Shown: piece by piece, positions 28,748 through 37,512 of the stretch
Position numbering within the stretch: position 1 is the stretch's first letter
Layout of the letters: every line of letters starts with the position of its first letter
From: Polyangiaceae bacterium
GTDB taxonomy: Bacteria; Myxococcota_A; Polyangia; Polyangiales; Polyangiaceae
Assembly: GCA_033763455.1 (NCBI GenBank)
Contig: JANRKO010000031.1
Coordinates: 1-64,000 of the forward strand
Direction of reading: 5' to 3'
DNA: 64,000 nucleotides
Notes under the pieces: model-generated
Seen by the model: the letters and a program-made list of their open reading frames with translations, nothing else
What the model was told of the DNA's origin: nothing
The model's database searches: none
Made by a program: the position numbers and the translations under genes

Positions 28748-29761
28748 ATGAAAAGCCCCATATTGTCCGTCGGTGAGCTTGGTTTCCCCTGGAAAACCTA
28801 CGATCCCTTCCTGTTTTGCGTCTATCACAACGATGCATACCCAGAGGGCAACGATGTACAAGGGCCCAACGCTTCGCTTGCCGGGCGCGAGCTAGGAATG
28901 GATTTTGATCCGCGCAACGGCTGGCGCATGTACCACGGCCATCAAGTGCCTGGGTTTCCTGCCCATCCCCATCGCGGATTCGAAACCGTCACGCTGGTTC
29001 GAAAAGGCTTTATCGACCATTCCGACTCACTCGGCGCCACGGCTCGTTTTGGAGGTGGGGATACCCAGTGGATGACAGCGGGGCGAGGGGTGGTTCACGC
29101 AGAGATGTTTCCTTTGCGTCAACGCGATACCCAAAATCCTCTGGAGCTTTTTCAGATCTGGCTGAACCTGCCACGCGCAGATAAGATGGTGGACCCGTAT
29201 TTCACGATGCTGTGGGACACCCAGATCCCCATGCACCGCGTGGTGGATGAAGCGGGAAGAGTCTCTCAGTTGCGCATCGTGGCCGGCGAATGGGGTTCCT
29301 CCAAAGGTCCGCAGCCTCCGCCCAATTCCTGGGCTTCCCGCCCGGATTCAGACCTTGCGATCTGGACACTGAAGCTAGATCCGCACGCACGCCTGACACT
29401 GCCCCCCGCCAAAGCTGGAACGAACCGAACCCTCTACTTTTTTAGTGGCACGCAGCTTTCCATTGCCGGCAAAGTTTTTACTTCACACGCCGCTGTTCTT
29501 GTTGCGCCAGATGTCAGCCTTGAGCTCGAAAACGGCCCGGCTACGTCGGAGCTTCTCGTGCTGCAAGGGCGCCCTATCGGCGAGCCCGTGGTGCAACACG
29601 GGCCCTTTGTCATGAACACACCCGACGAGATTCGCGAGGCCTTCGCCGATTACCAGCGAACCGGTTTCGGTGGCTGGCCGTGGCCAAGTACCGCACCCGT
29701 GCATCCTCGGGAGCAAGATCGGTTTGCGGTGCACGCGGACGGCCGGCGCGAAGAGCCGTAA
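28748..29761 (+). CDS. Pirin family protein
   Basis: DPFL, GFPAHPHRGFETVT, HSDSLG, QWMTAGRGVVHAE, QIWLNLP, GPFVMN. Confidence 0.95.
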   Translation: MKSPILSVGELGFPWKTYDPFLFCVYHNDAYPEGNDVQGPNASLAGRELGMDFDPRNGWRMYHGHQVPGFPAHPHRGFETVTLVRKGFIDHSDSLGATARFGGGDTQWMTAGRGVVHAEMFPLRQRDTQNPLELFQIWLNLPRADKMVDPYFTMLWDTQIPMHRVVDEAGRVSQLRIVAGEWGSSKGPQPPPNSWASRPDSDLAIWTLKLDPHARLTLPPAKAGTNRTLYFFSGTQLSIAGKVFTSHAAVLVAPDVSLELENGPATSELLVLQGRPIGEPVVQHGPFVMNTPDEIREAFADYQRTGFGGWPWPSTAPVHPREQDRFAVHADGRREEP

Positions 29762-29882
29762 GAGCCCGCCGAACCCCCGTCGAAAAGTCCCTAACGCAAC
29801 ACGTTAGAAACAAGCGCGAAGCAATTTGGCCGTGAGCCTGAGTGCGACACGCGGGCAACGTGTGGGCAAACACCCGCCGCGG

Positions 29883-29909
29883 TTAGCAGCCAAACGGTGC
29901 GAGTGCCAA
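29883..29909. promoter_or_regulatory. CIRCE-like (HrcA) operator
   Basis: TTAGCAGCC-N9-GAGTGCCAA versus consensus TTAGCACTC-N9-GAGTGCTAA (15/18 matches, exact spacer). Confidence 0.6.
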
Positions 29910-29986
29910 GAAAATATCACGTCACGCAGGACGGTGTCGGGAATATCTGGCAAGGGCCAGGGGGAAGTCATACAATTCAAAATAGA

Positions 29987-30649
29987 GTGTCGGACTTCAT
30001 CACCGCGCCACCAACCGAATCAAAAGAGCTTGATCTCACCGGGAATGTTCGCGAGTTTTTCGGCAGCGCCCTGGAAACTGCGCTGCGCGAAGTCGACTTA
30101 GAAACCAGTAAAGCTGCCAAGTCTTACCTGGTTGCGCTCATGGCAGACTTTGCGGATCCGCGAAACGCGTGCGACGCGCGTTTTGACGAGCCATTTACAT
30201 TTGCACTTGAGCGGGCACTTTCAGAACACACCCCAGATCGCTTCGAGCGCTTGCGGAGATTTGGCGATTCGGTGCTGTATGCAAGCAGCTTCTTTTCGGA
30301 GCATTTGGCCCGCCGCGGCGTACCCATCGGCTACGTGAAGTCACTCGGTTCGCGCGCATACTTGAGCGCTGCGAACGCTCTGATGCCTGCGCCGCTCCTA
30401 CTTGGGTCCACACGCTCCGAGGATTCAACCGGTACCGATACGTTGTTTGTGGAGTTGGCTGATAAGTTTGGTTCCTTTGTGGTTATCTTGGAGCGCGTGG
30501 CCGAACGCGTGTTGAGTGCCAATACGCCTTCCAACAAAGCCACGCTGGATTTGTATGAACGTTGGCTCCGAACGGGTTCCAGTGTGCTCGCTGAAGATCT
30601 GATGCGGCGTGGGCTTTCCCCGCTTCGCGGAGACAGATCTATCCACTGA
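29987..30649 (+). CDS. Conserved helical hypothetical protein
   Basis: REFF..ALE, YLVALM..F, RFERLRRFGD..LY..FF, FVELA.KF, LYERW..TGS pattern; GTG start after TGGCAA-N17-TACAAT. Confidence 0.75.
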   Translation: MSDFITAPPTESKELDLTGNVREFFGSALETALREVDLETSKAAKSYLVALMADFADPRNACDARFDEPFTFALERALSEHTPDRFERLRRFGDSVLYASSFFSEHLARRGVPIGYVKSLGSRAYLSAANALMPAPLLLGSTRSEDSTGTDTLFVELADKFGSFVVILERVAERVLSANTPSNKATLDLYERWLRTGSSVLAEDLMRRGLSPLRGDRSIH

Positions 30650-30650
30650 G

Positions 30651-31235
30651 ATGCGTGCGCACGATACTCTGCGCGGCATTCAGCGAACACTCCGGGAGTA
30701 CTATGCGTTAGAAGACGCTCCGGACGTTTGTGACTTCGTTCACTTCGGAGATAGCCGCGAAACACTGTACGTTCGCGAAGCAAATGACGCCCTAGAGTTA
30801 AGCCTGCACCTGCCGGCTCAAGATCCCGGAGATGCCCGAGCTCCCGAGCCCGCCGGTGACGACACTCACCTTCAGCTGATCGAAGGCGTCAGCCATTTCG
30901 TGTACATCGCAGAACGCGCACGCATGGAGCTACCGGCGACCCAGTTGGAGTTGGAGCTGCAGGCGGAGGTGGATAAGTTCGTCTACCTCGGGCTGGGTAT
31001 GACCGCCTCACCCCACGAGCGCTCCACGTTGCGCACTCGGCTGTACGAAGAAGTTCGCTACCTTCACCCGCAAGGGACAGAGCTGGGAGACAGGTACCGA
31101 ATGGCTACCGCGGTTGCCGCGCGCTTTGTGGCTCGTCTCGATGAGCGCCTAGACAAAGCCTCCGTACAACGGCACTTGAGGCGCTTTTACCGCGCGGGCC
31201 AGACCGAAAAGTTGTCGATCGCACTTGCAGCTTAA
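30651..31235 (+). CDS. Conserved hypothetical protein with EGVSH...ELELQAEVDK motif
   Basis: ATG at 30651 immediately after the upstream stop; zincin-like motif arrangement. Confidence 0.75.
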   Translation: MRAHDTLRGIQRTLREYYALEDAPDVCDFVHFGDSRETLYVREANDALELSLHLPAQDPGDARAPEPAGDDTHLQLIEGVSHFVYIAERARMELPATQLELELQAEVDKFVYLGLGMTASPHERSTLRTRLYEEVRYLHPQGTELGDRYRMATAVAARFVARLDERLDKASVQRHLRRFYRAGQTEKLSIALAA

Positions 31236-31251
31236 AGTCTGGCCAGACAAC

Positions 31252-31299
31252 AAAAAGAAACGGCCTGGGTTGCCACCAATCGGTAGCAAGCCCAGGCCG
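31252..31299 (-). terminator. Intrinsic terminator
   Basis: CGGCCTGGGTTGC...GCAAGCCCAGGCCG stem followed by a T-rich tract on the minus strand. Confidence 0.7.
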
Positions 31300-31327
31300 G
31301 AGATCCCACCCGTGGGGGCCGATCTAC

Positions 31328-32206
31328 TTACTTCTGAGCGGGTGCTGCGGCTTTGGCTTTTTCAGCAGCGGGAGCAGCTGCTGGTGCTGCCGTCTTTGCG
31401 GCGGGCTCAGCGGCGGTCTTGGTCTTAGCAACCGTCGTGGTGGTGGTGGTGGTCGTGGTGGTCGTGGTCTTGGCAGCCGCGGTCTTGTCGGTCTTTGCGG
31501 CCGATTCAGACTTCGTGCCCTCGGTCTTGGCAACCGCAGGAGCCTTCTCCGTGGTCTTCGGAGCCGGTGCCGGCCGTGCGCCAACACTGTCCGAGAAGCG
31601 GACGGCGCGGAACCATGCCTGCTCTACTGGCCTGATCAACTTGGAGATGGCTGCCCACTCTTTGTCTTTGACGCGGGTGAGCTTCGCCTGAGCCTGCTGC
31701 ACCTCACCGAGAGCGATCACCAGGGCGGCATCGGTGCCCTCTTTAGTGAGAGCTACGAGAGCTTCCTTCTTCGCTTCGAAAGCTTCACGAGCAGCTTTGC
31801 GCTCCTCGTCAACCTTAGCAAGTGCTTCGAGTACCTTCGTCAGGCGATCCCCGGTGACTCCTGCTTTCTCAAGAGCGCTCTGACGGCTCGAAGGGTCCTT
31901 GTCCTCGTCGACTTCCTTGCGTTCCTTCGTCTTCGTGGTCGCAGCGGCGGGCTTCTCAGAAGTTGCCGTCTTTGCTTGCTTCTCTTTGTTGCCTTCGGTT
32001 GCAGCCGCCGCCTTGGTGGGCAGAGCCTTGCTCTCGGTGGCCACTGCGGGCTTCGTCGCCGCAGGAGTTGCCGCTACAGGCTTCGCTGCCGCTGCGGGAG
32101 TTGCCCCTTGGGGCTTGCTGTCGGCCGCAAGTGCGCCAGTTGTTCCCAAGAGACCCGCGCCCGCAAGTGCGGACACCACAACCAAACTCATCAATTGTTT
32201 TTTCAT
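31328..32206 (-). CDS. Secreted Ala/Lys/Thr-rich protein with a Spy/CpxP-like helical core
   Basis: Signal peptide MKKQLMSLVVVS...ALA, AGGAG RBS, amphipathic helices ending LIRPVEQ, poly-Thr tract. Confidence 0.65.
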   Translation of the reverse strand: MKKQLMSLVVVSALAGAGLLGTTGALAADSKPQGATPAAAAKPVAATPAATKPAVATESKALPTKAAAATEGNKEKQAKTATSEKPAAATTKTKERKEVDEDKDPSSRQSALEKAGVTGDRLTKVLEALAKVDEERKAAREAFEAKKEALVALTKEGTDAALVIALGEVQQAQAKLTRVKDKEWAAISKLIRPVEQAWFRAVRFSDSVGARPAPAPKTTEKAPAVAKTEGTKSESAAKTDKTAAAKTTTTTTTTTTTTVAKTKTAAEPAAKTAAPAAAPAAEKAKAAAPAQK

Positions 32207-32311
32207 ATCTAGACTCCTAAGCGTGGAGCACCTCCACACAAGAGGCGCCTCTACCAAGCGAGCTCTTGCAGTGGCAAAGGCTCAACTCGCGGGCGGGAGC
32301 CTAAGTCGCGA

Positions 32312-33742
32312 TTAGCCCAAACGCAACCGAGTGCGATCGAGCAATAATGCGGGGGGAACGGGGCCGGCACTCAGGCCTGAGGTGGCAAAATCTGCTGGAC
32401 TATTGCCACTTTGGACGAGGGCTCGGAGGGGCTCAAGGAAGACGGTCTCATCTTGACCCCTCAAATTTTTTCGACCCCGCCGATTCAGACCCGCCACGGC
32501 AATTTTTGTTAATTCCTCAGCGATTGCCTGGCAACTGACGCCCCCAACCACAACGTTCTGCCCACGCTGAACAAGCTCCGGACGCGCGCTCTCCATGTCT
32601 CGAAACGAGAACCTCTCAAGGTAACTCTTTGCTTCGGCAACCGATACAGAATCCGCCAAGACGCCAAGCCATAGCGCGGAAGCTGCACCGGCGTATTGCA
32701 AAGGCAAAGAATCGCACGGACGCAATTCCAAAGTATTTTTAAGGCGTGCTTCAGGAAAGAGTGTGTTCAGGTGCAGGCGCCAATCTGCCAGTGTGGCTCG
32801 CTCGCCTTCGTAGCCATTTTGGAGATAATCACGGAAAGATTGGCCTGTGTTTTCAATGATCCGTTCGCCACGCTTAATAAGGAACATGCCAGCATCCAGG
32901 GCCCACTGCACGTAATCTTCGTAGCCGAGCGTAGGCTTATTCCAGAGGTGCCCAAGGAGGCCCGAGCGGCGTGGGTCCATCTTCAACCATACCTCGCCGC
33001 GGAGGCTCTTCTTATCGGTGAGCTGCCCTTCGCGAAACGGGGAATTGGCGAACAGCGCGTTAGCAATCGGCGCCATTTTGAGGCCCACAAGCAGCTTATC
33101 CATCGCGTCGCGTTCATCTGAATAATCTAGGTTCAACTGCACGGTGGCCGTGCGACGCATCATGTCCCAAGCGCCGCTACCCTGCTTGGGCAGGTAATTT
33201 TTCATGATCGCGTAGCGAGCCTTTGGAACCCAGGGCAGCTCATCTTGGCGGGCGAAGGGGTGAAACCCGGTGTTCAGCCACACGATACCAGCGGCTTCGG
33301 AAACTTCCGCTACTTCAGCGAGGTGCGTGCGGAGCTCCGCATCCACCTGATGCATGTCGGGCAAGGGCGAACCACTGAACTCCAGTTGTGCGCCGGGTTC
33401 GAGAGTTACAGCTGCGTCCCCCCTTGTAAGCGCAATGATAGGCCCATTCTCAGATTCTCGGCTCGGCTCCCAACCCCGCTCGTCAATCAGGCGACTCATG
33501 ATCCCGAGCACGCCCCGCTCCCCTTCATAGGGAACCGGCGCGCACGTTTTTCCGTGGACTCCCACCCTCTCCATTTCGAGCCCGATGCGGAACGCTTCGC
33601 GGGGTTTTTCAGCCTGCAGGAACGGCTCGAAGAGATCTTCGTGCCGTTCGATGGGATGGTCGACTGGTTTTAGCGCACTGGGCGATTGCGAAATCATGGC
33701 AGGGGTCGCGCAGGCTATAGAGCGCGGGCTCCCTGGTGTCAC
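32312..33742 (-). CDS. gshA: Glutamate--cysteine ligase (GCS2, plant/alphaproteobacterial type)
   Basis: RIGLEME, TLEPGAQLEFSG, PKARY.IM, MMRRTATVQLNLDY, ALFANSPF, HLNTLFPEARLK..LELR. Confidence 0.93.
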   Translation of the reverse strand: MTPGSPRSIACATPAMISQSPSALKPVDHPIERHEDLFEPFLQAEKPREAFRIGLEMERVGVHGKTCAPVPYEGERGVLGIMSRLIDERGWEPSRESENGPIIALTRGDAAVTLEPGAQLEFSGSPLPDMHQVDAELRTHLAEVAEVSEAAGIVWLNTGFHPFARQDELPWVPKARYAIMKNYLPKQGSGAWDMMRRTATVQLNLDYSDERDAMDKLLVGLKMAPIANALFANSPFREGQLTDKKSLRGEVWLKMDPRRSGLLGHLWNKPTLGYEDYVQWALDAGMFLIKRGERIIENTGQSFRDYLQNGYEGERATLADWRLHLNTLFPEARLKNTLELRPCDSLPLQYAGAASALWLGVLADSVSVAEAKSYLERFSFRDMESARPELVQRGQNVVVGGVSCQAIAEELTKIAVAGLNRRGRKNLRGQDETVFLEPLRALVQSGNSPADFATSGLSAGPVPPALLLDRTRLRLG

Positions 33743-33748
33743 CCGGGC

Positions 33749-34663
33749 CTAGGCCGATTGCCCATCCAGCGGAGCGTGTGCGTGGAGCGCTGGAGGCGGT
33801 AGGGAACCAAGAGAGACCGCCAAACTTCGCGTATGAGCTTCGGTAGTTCCGGCCCCTCCACCAATGATGCGACAAACTGGCGATGTCAGTGCCAAGACGC
33901 GTGCCGCCCAGGCGCGCAGATCTCCCGCTTCATCGGCAAAACCACGAACACTCTGGGCCCCGGCTGCCATCAACACACCCAGGGGCGCCACAGAAGTGCT
34001 CTTTAGCCGTTCTAAGTAATCGAGGCCGGCTTGGGTCCCCGACACTTCCAGGACAACGGCGGAAGCACCCGCACCCGTGAGCGTCTGGAGCAGCTCCTCA
34101 ACATCCCCTTCCAACACTTCGTCGTTGTGGAGCTGGAGGACAGCCCAGGTGGGCAACGATGTTTCAGCGCCAGCAACGACCGCAGCCATCAACCCCAACC
34201 GCGACCCTTGCCCGCGTGCAATAATAAGCTCACACCCGGACGAAGCGAGTCGATTGGCGTGTTCTTGAAACTCAGTGACCAACCTAGCCGTGGAAAGCGG
34301 ACTCACCATATCAGAGCCCAGCACACCTGCCACAGCCACGGGCTTTGGTGCGGCACTCGCTTCCTCCAACGCTAGCTCCACCGAGGTTCCCGTAAGCCAC
34401 GCGGAGCGGTGCTCCATGCCAACCTCGGCCAATGCACGCGGCGTTGTATCAGCAGTTAGCGCACACAACACATCAACACAGCTTGCGACTTCAGCGGCAT
34501 AATGGCGCCGCACGGCGTCTGGATGCTCGCGCAACAAGAGACCTGCCGCTCCCGGCGAATTCAGACCCAAACCCCGCGCGCGAAGTGAGGCTGCGCTATC
34601 CGAATCTACAACCAATGGTCGGCCGGACTGCAGGCGGTGCGCGATGCGGGCGAAGTGACTCAT
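33749..34663 (-). CDS. Homocysteine S-methyltransferase-fold protein lacking the Zn-binding cysteines
   Basis: HPDAVRRHY, VAVAGVLG, C-terminal RIIGGGAGTT.AH where the family has IIGGCCGTT. Confidence 0.75.
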   Translation of the reverse strand: MSHFARIAHRLQSGRPLVVDSDSAASLRARGLGLNSPGAAGLLLREHPDAVRRHYAAEVASCVDVLCALTADTTPRALAEVGMEHRSAWLTGTSVELALEEASAAPKPVAVAGVLGSDMVSPLSTARLVTEFQEHANRLASSGCELIIARGQGSRLGLMAAVVAGAETSLPTWAVLQLHNDEVLEGDVEELLQTLTGAGASAVVLEVSGTQAGLDYLERLKSTSVAPLGVLMAAGAQSVRGFADEAGDLRAWAARVLALTSPVCRIIGGGAGTTEAHTRSLAVSLGSLPPPALHAHAPLDGQSA

Positions 34664-34680
34664 CCGTTTGGAACCACTCC

Positions 34681-37512
34681 TTAGGATACCTTGGGAGCCG
34701 CACGAACGGGTAGCAATTTGCGCTCAAAAATCCGCACCCTTCGCACTAGGAGGTCCAAAATGAAACAGCAAAGCGCAAAAATCACAAAGCGTGTCCAAAC
34801 CTCTTCATGAAACGTAGTTTGCTCCGTAGATGGATCGAGCAGCTCTTTTGGCGTTGGGTTCAACCGACCTCCGCCCACCTTGGCGACATGCGCCAATCGC
34901 TCAGCCTCGGGACGCGTCACCGCATATTCGGCAGGGTACGGGTAGCTCACGTGCCCAAAACTCTCTGCCACCTGATTCAGGTTACCCTTCGCATCCGCTC
35001 GATAGTGCTTGGCGTGAAGCGCAAACGTTCCGAAGCGCCCAAGCTTGAACCGTGCTTCGTAGCGCCCAGGCGCCACCTGCAAGAGGGGGTGCGTCTCGGG
35101 GGACGTGGAATCACCACTCGCAGTAACTTCCAACGTCGAACGTAGATCGTTGTCAAAACGCTCCTCGCCGTCGAAGGCGTCCACCGTTGCCCGCACTTCA
35201 TCACCCACGATTTCTGTTTGCATGGGGAGCTCGCGGCTGCGGTTGCGCCTCATATGTTCCCGCACGAGCTGCCCAAAGAACTGCCCGTAGCCGGGCCAAC
35301 GTAGCCAATCCACAGCCCACAAGTTCTTAAGATCGCTCGTCCAAGCGAGCGCCCATCCTAGCCCCACGCGCCCGCGTGCGAGGATCGGTTCATCGCGATC
35401 GCTGGCGAGGATTTGTTGTGCAGGGGGTGCCTTCATGCTGGTGGCAACGTAACCGTGAAGATTTGGCAAAGACCCGGGGGCGATGCCTTTTAGGAAATCT
35501 GCAGAACCGGTAACCTGCGGTTGAAACCACTCCTCGACCGCTGCCTGGCGCGCCACGAACTCCGTCTCTCGGGCGAAAACCCGAGGCAAACTATTCACGT
35601 CTGGCACGGCGTGGTAGCGCCCACCACCGGCGTCGGCCACAACCTTCAAAAGCTCACTGTTAGCCTGCTCCCCGAGCCCCACCGTGGTTACCGTGATGGA
35701 TTCGGCGAGCATGGCTTGGGCCAAATCGCGAATGCCTTCAGCGGGTGCGGCGCCGTCTGTTAGAAGAATGACATGCTTGCGGCGGGCCTGAACTACTGAA
35801 ATATCTTGGTACGCCATGTCTAGGCTGCGAAAGATCTCGGTGCCTCCGCCGGGCTGGATCCTAGAAATATCGCCGTCGATGCGTGAGCGATAACGCGCCG
35901 GCTGCATGCGCACGTAGCGTTCTGGTTGCGAGTCGAACGCAATCACTTCGATGAGGTCGCTCGGCTCGAGCGTCGACACGGTGGCTGAGCAAGCAGCCTT
36001 TGCCATTTCCATAGGCAGCCCCGACATTGACCCCGAGCGATCGATTACGAGCACCAACGCGACACTCGGCATCTCCTTGCGATTGTCAGAGTCCATTCGC
36101 ACGGGCAACAGGCGCTCCAACGAACTCTGGGACCAACCGCCGAGGCCGAACCCAGCTTCACCCCCGGCAAACAAGAAGCCGCCGCCGAGATCACGAACGT
36201 AGCGCTCGATCAAGAGCTCGGACGCCTCCGAAAAACGCTCTTTCGGAACATCCGAAAGCACGACAAACCCGTACCGTTCAAGCTCCTTCAGCGACGAGGG
36301 AAAACCGGCTGGCGAACGCACTTCGACGTCGAATTGCTGCGCCGAAAGGGCGCTCGAAAAATACCCTGCGCGGCCCTCTTGCCCCTCTACGTAGAGCACG
36401 GTTGGCCGACCCGGCACATCGAGCGTTGTTTGGTAACGATTGTTTTCGGAGAACTTATCCGCCGAGATTTGATCGAGCTTTAGATCGTAGGTAACTTGAC
36501 CCCCCACGCGGACCACGCTGCGAAATCGAACTTCGTTCTTCCCGGGCTCGAGCGTGAGCTGGCGAACGCCGTCCAAACCATTCAGCGTTTCGCCCTGGTA
36601 GAGGCGGGCACGCGCCGTAGATTTCTGAGTGGCGAAGATGGATGCCAAGATCTCGAACGGCTGCCCAATATCAACCTTGGCCGGGAGAGCCAAATCAGCA
36701 AGTGCCACCTCTGGCGGGAGCGGTCGAGTGTAAGGCAGAGTGGAGATCTTGACGCCTGCGCGGGCAGCGTTGGGCAACTCCGCCACCACATCCCCTTCGG
36801 TTTCCATCCCGTCACTCAGGATGAGCAGGCGCTTGAGATAGCCCGGAGGGAACACCGAAAGACCCAGGCGCACTGCAGATTGAATATTGGTGGCTTGCCC
36901 GCCAAAAGCTCCGGACTGGGGTTGAGAACTGCCGCTTTTCTTCGCGTCTGACGAGCCTCTGTGCCGTAGCTCAGGGACACCCGGCAATGGAGTATCCGCG
37001 TCCAACACCAACAAAACGGGCCGCTCCGCAAAGGTGATCACTCGCACTAAGTCCTCGCTACGCTTGGCCTTGAGCACCCCGAGGATTGTCTGGCGTGCAT
37101 CTTCTAGCGCCGCATCGGGCACGGAATCACTCACATCGACCAAGAGCACGCTACACACTTTGTTAGTGTGGGAGGTCTTAGCTGGCTGCGTGAGAGCCAA
37201 CCCGAGGCCCAACAGAAATAGAGTCCGCAGCACTACAGAAAGAACGCGTTGGGCCATTGGCAGATCAGCCAAAGAGTACCTGAGCGCCCAAACCAAAAGC
37301 GGCACCACGAGTAACACGCCGAGTGCCCGTGGGTTCTTGGCCTCATACACGACGCCGTTCCAAGCTCCTCGCCACCCGCTCTCGCCCAAAGGCCAGAGCC
37401 ACCTGAAATAGAGCGCACCCAAAAGGAGTAGCGCGAGCGCCGTCAGCCCTGCCCAAAGCCAAGCGCGCACCCCGGAGCTCAAACCGTCAACCTCCTGTGG
37501 TAGGTGAACCAC
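34681..37512 (-). CDS. Membrane protein with two vWA domains and a GATase1-like domain
   Basis: MIDAS motifs LVDVSDSV and VIDRSGSM, LSDG/LTDG, YVRDLGGGFLFAGG. Confidence 0.9.
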   Translation of the reverse strand: MVHLPQEVDGLSSGVRAWLWAGLTALALLLLGALYFRWLWPLGESGWRGAWNGVVYEAKNPRALGVLLVVPLLVWALRYSLADLPMAQRVLSVVLRTLFLLGLGLALTQPAKTSHTNKVCSVLLVDVSDSVPDAALEDARQTILGVLKAKRSEDLVRVITFAERPVLLVLDADTPLPGVPELRHRGSSDAKKSGSSQPQSGAFGGQATNIQSAVRLGLSVFPPGYLKRLLILSDGMETEGDVVAELPNAARAGVKISTLPYTRPLPPEVALADLALPAKVDIGQPFEILASIFATQKSTARARLYQGETLNGLDGVRQLTLEPGKNEVRFRSVVRVGGQVTYDLKLDQISADKFSENNRYQTTLDVPGRPTVLYVEGQEGRAGYFSSALSAQQFDVEVRSPAGFPSSLKELERYGFVVLSDVPKERFSEASELLIERYVRDLGGGFLFAGGEAGFGLGGWSQSSLERLLPVRMDSDNRKEMPSVALVLVIDRSGSMSGLPMEMAKAACSATVSTLEPSDLIEVIAFDSQPERYVRMQPARYRSRIDGDISRIQPGGGTEIFRSLDMAYQDISVVQARRKHVILLTDGAAPAEGIRDLAQAMLAESITVTTVGLGEQANSELLKVVADAGGGRYHAVPDVNSLPRVFARETEFVARQAAVEEWFQPQVTGSADFLKGIAPGSLPNLHGYVATSMKAPPAQQILASDRDEPILARGRVGLGWALAWTSDLKNLWAVDWLRWPGYGQFFGQLVREHMRRNRSRELPMQTEIVGDEVRATVDAFDGEERFDNDLRSTLEVTASGDSTSPETHPLLQVAPGRYEARFKLGRFGTFALHAKHYRADAKGNLNQVAESFGHVSYPYPAEYAVTRPEAERLAHVAKVGGGRLNPTPKELLDPSTEQTTFHEEVWTRFVIFALCCFILDLLVRRVRIFERKLLPVRAAPKVS

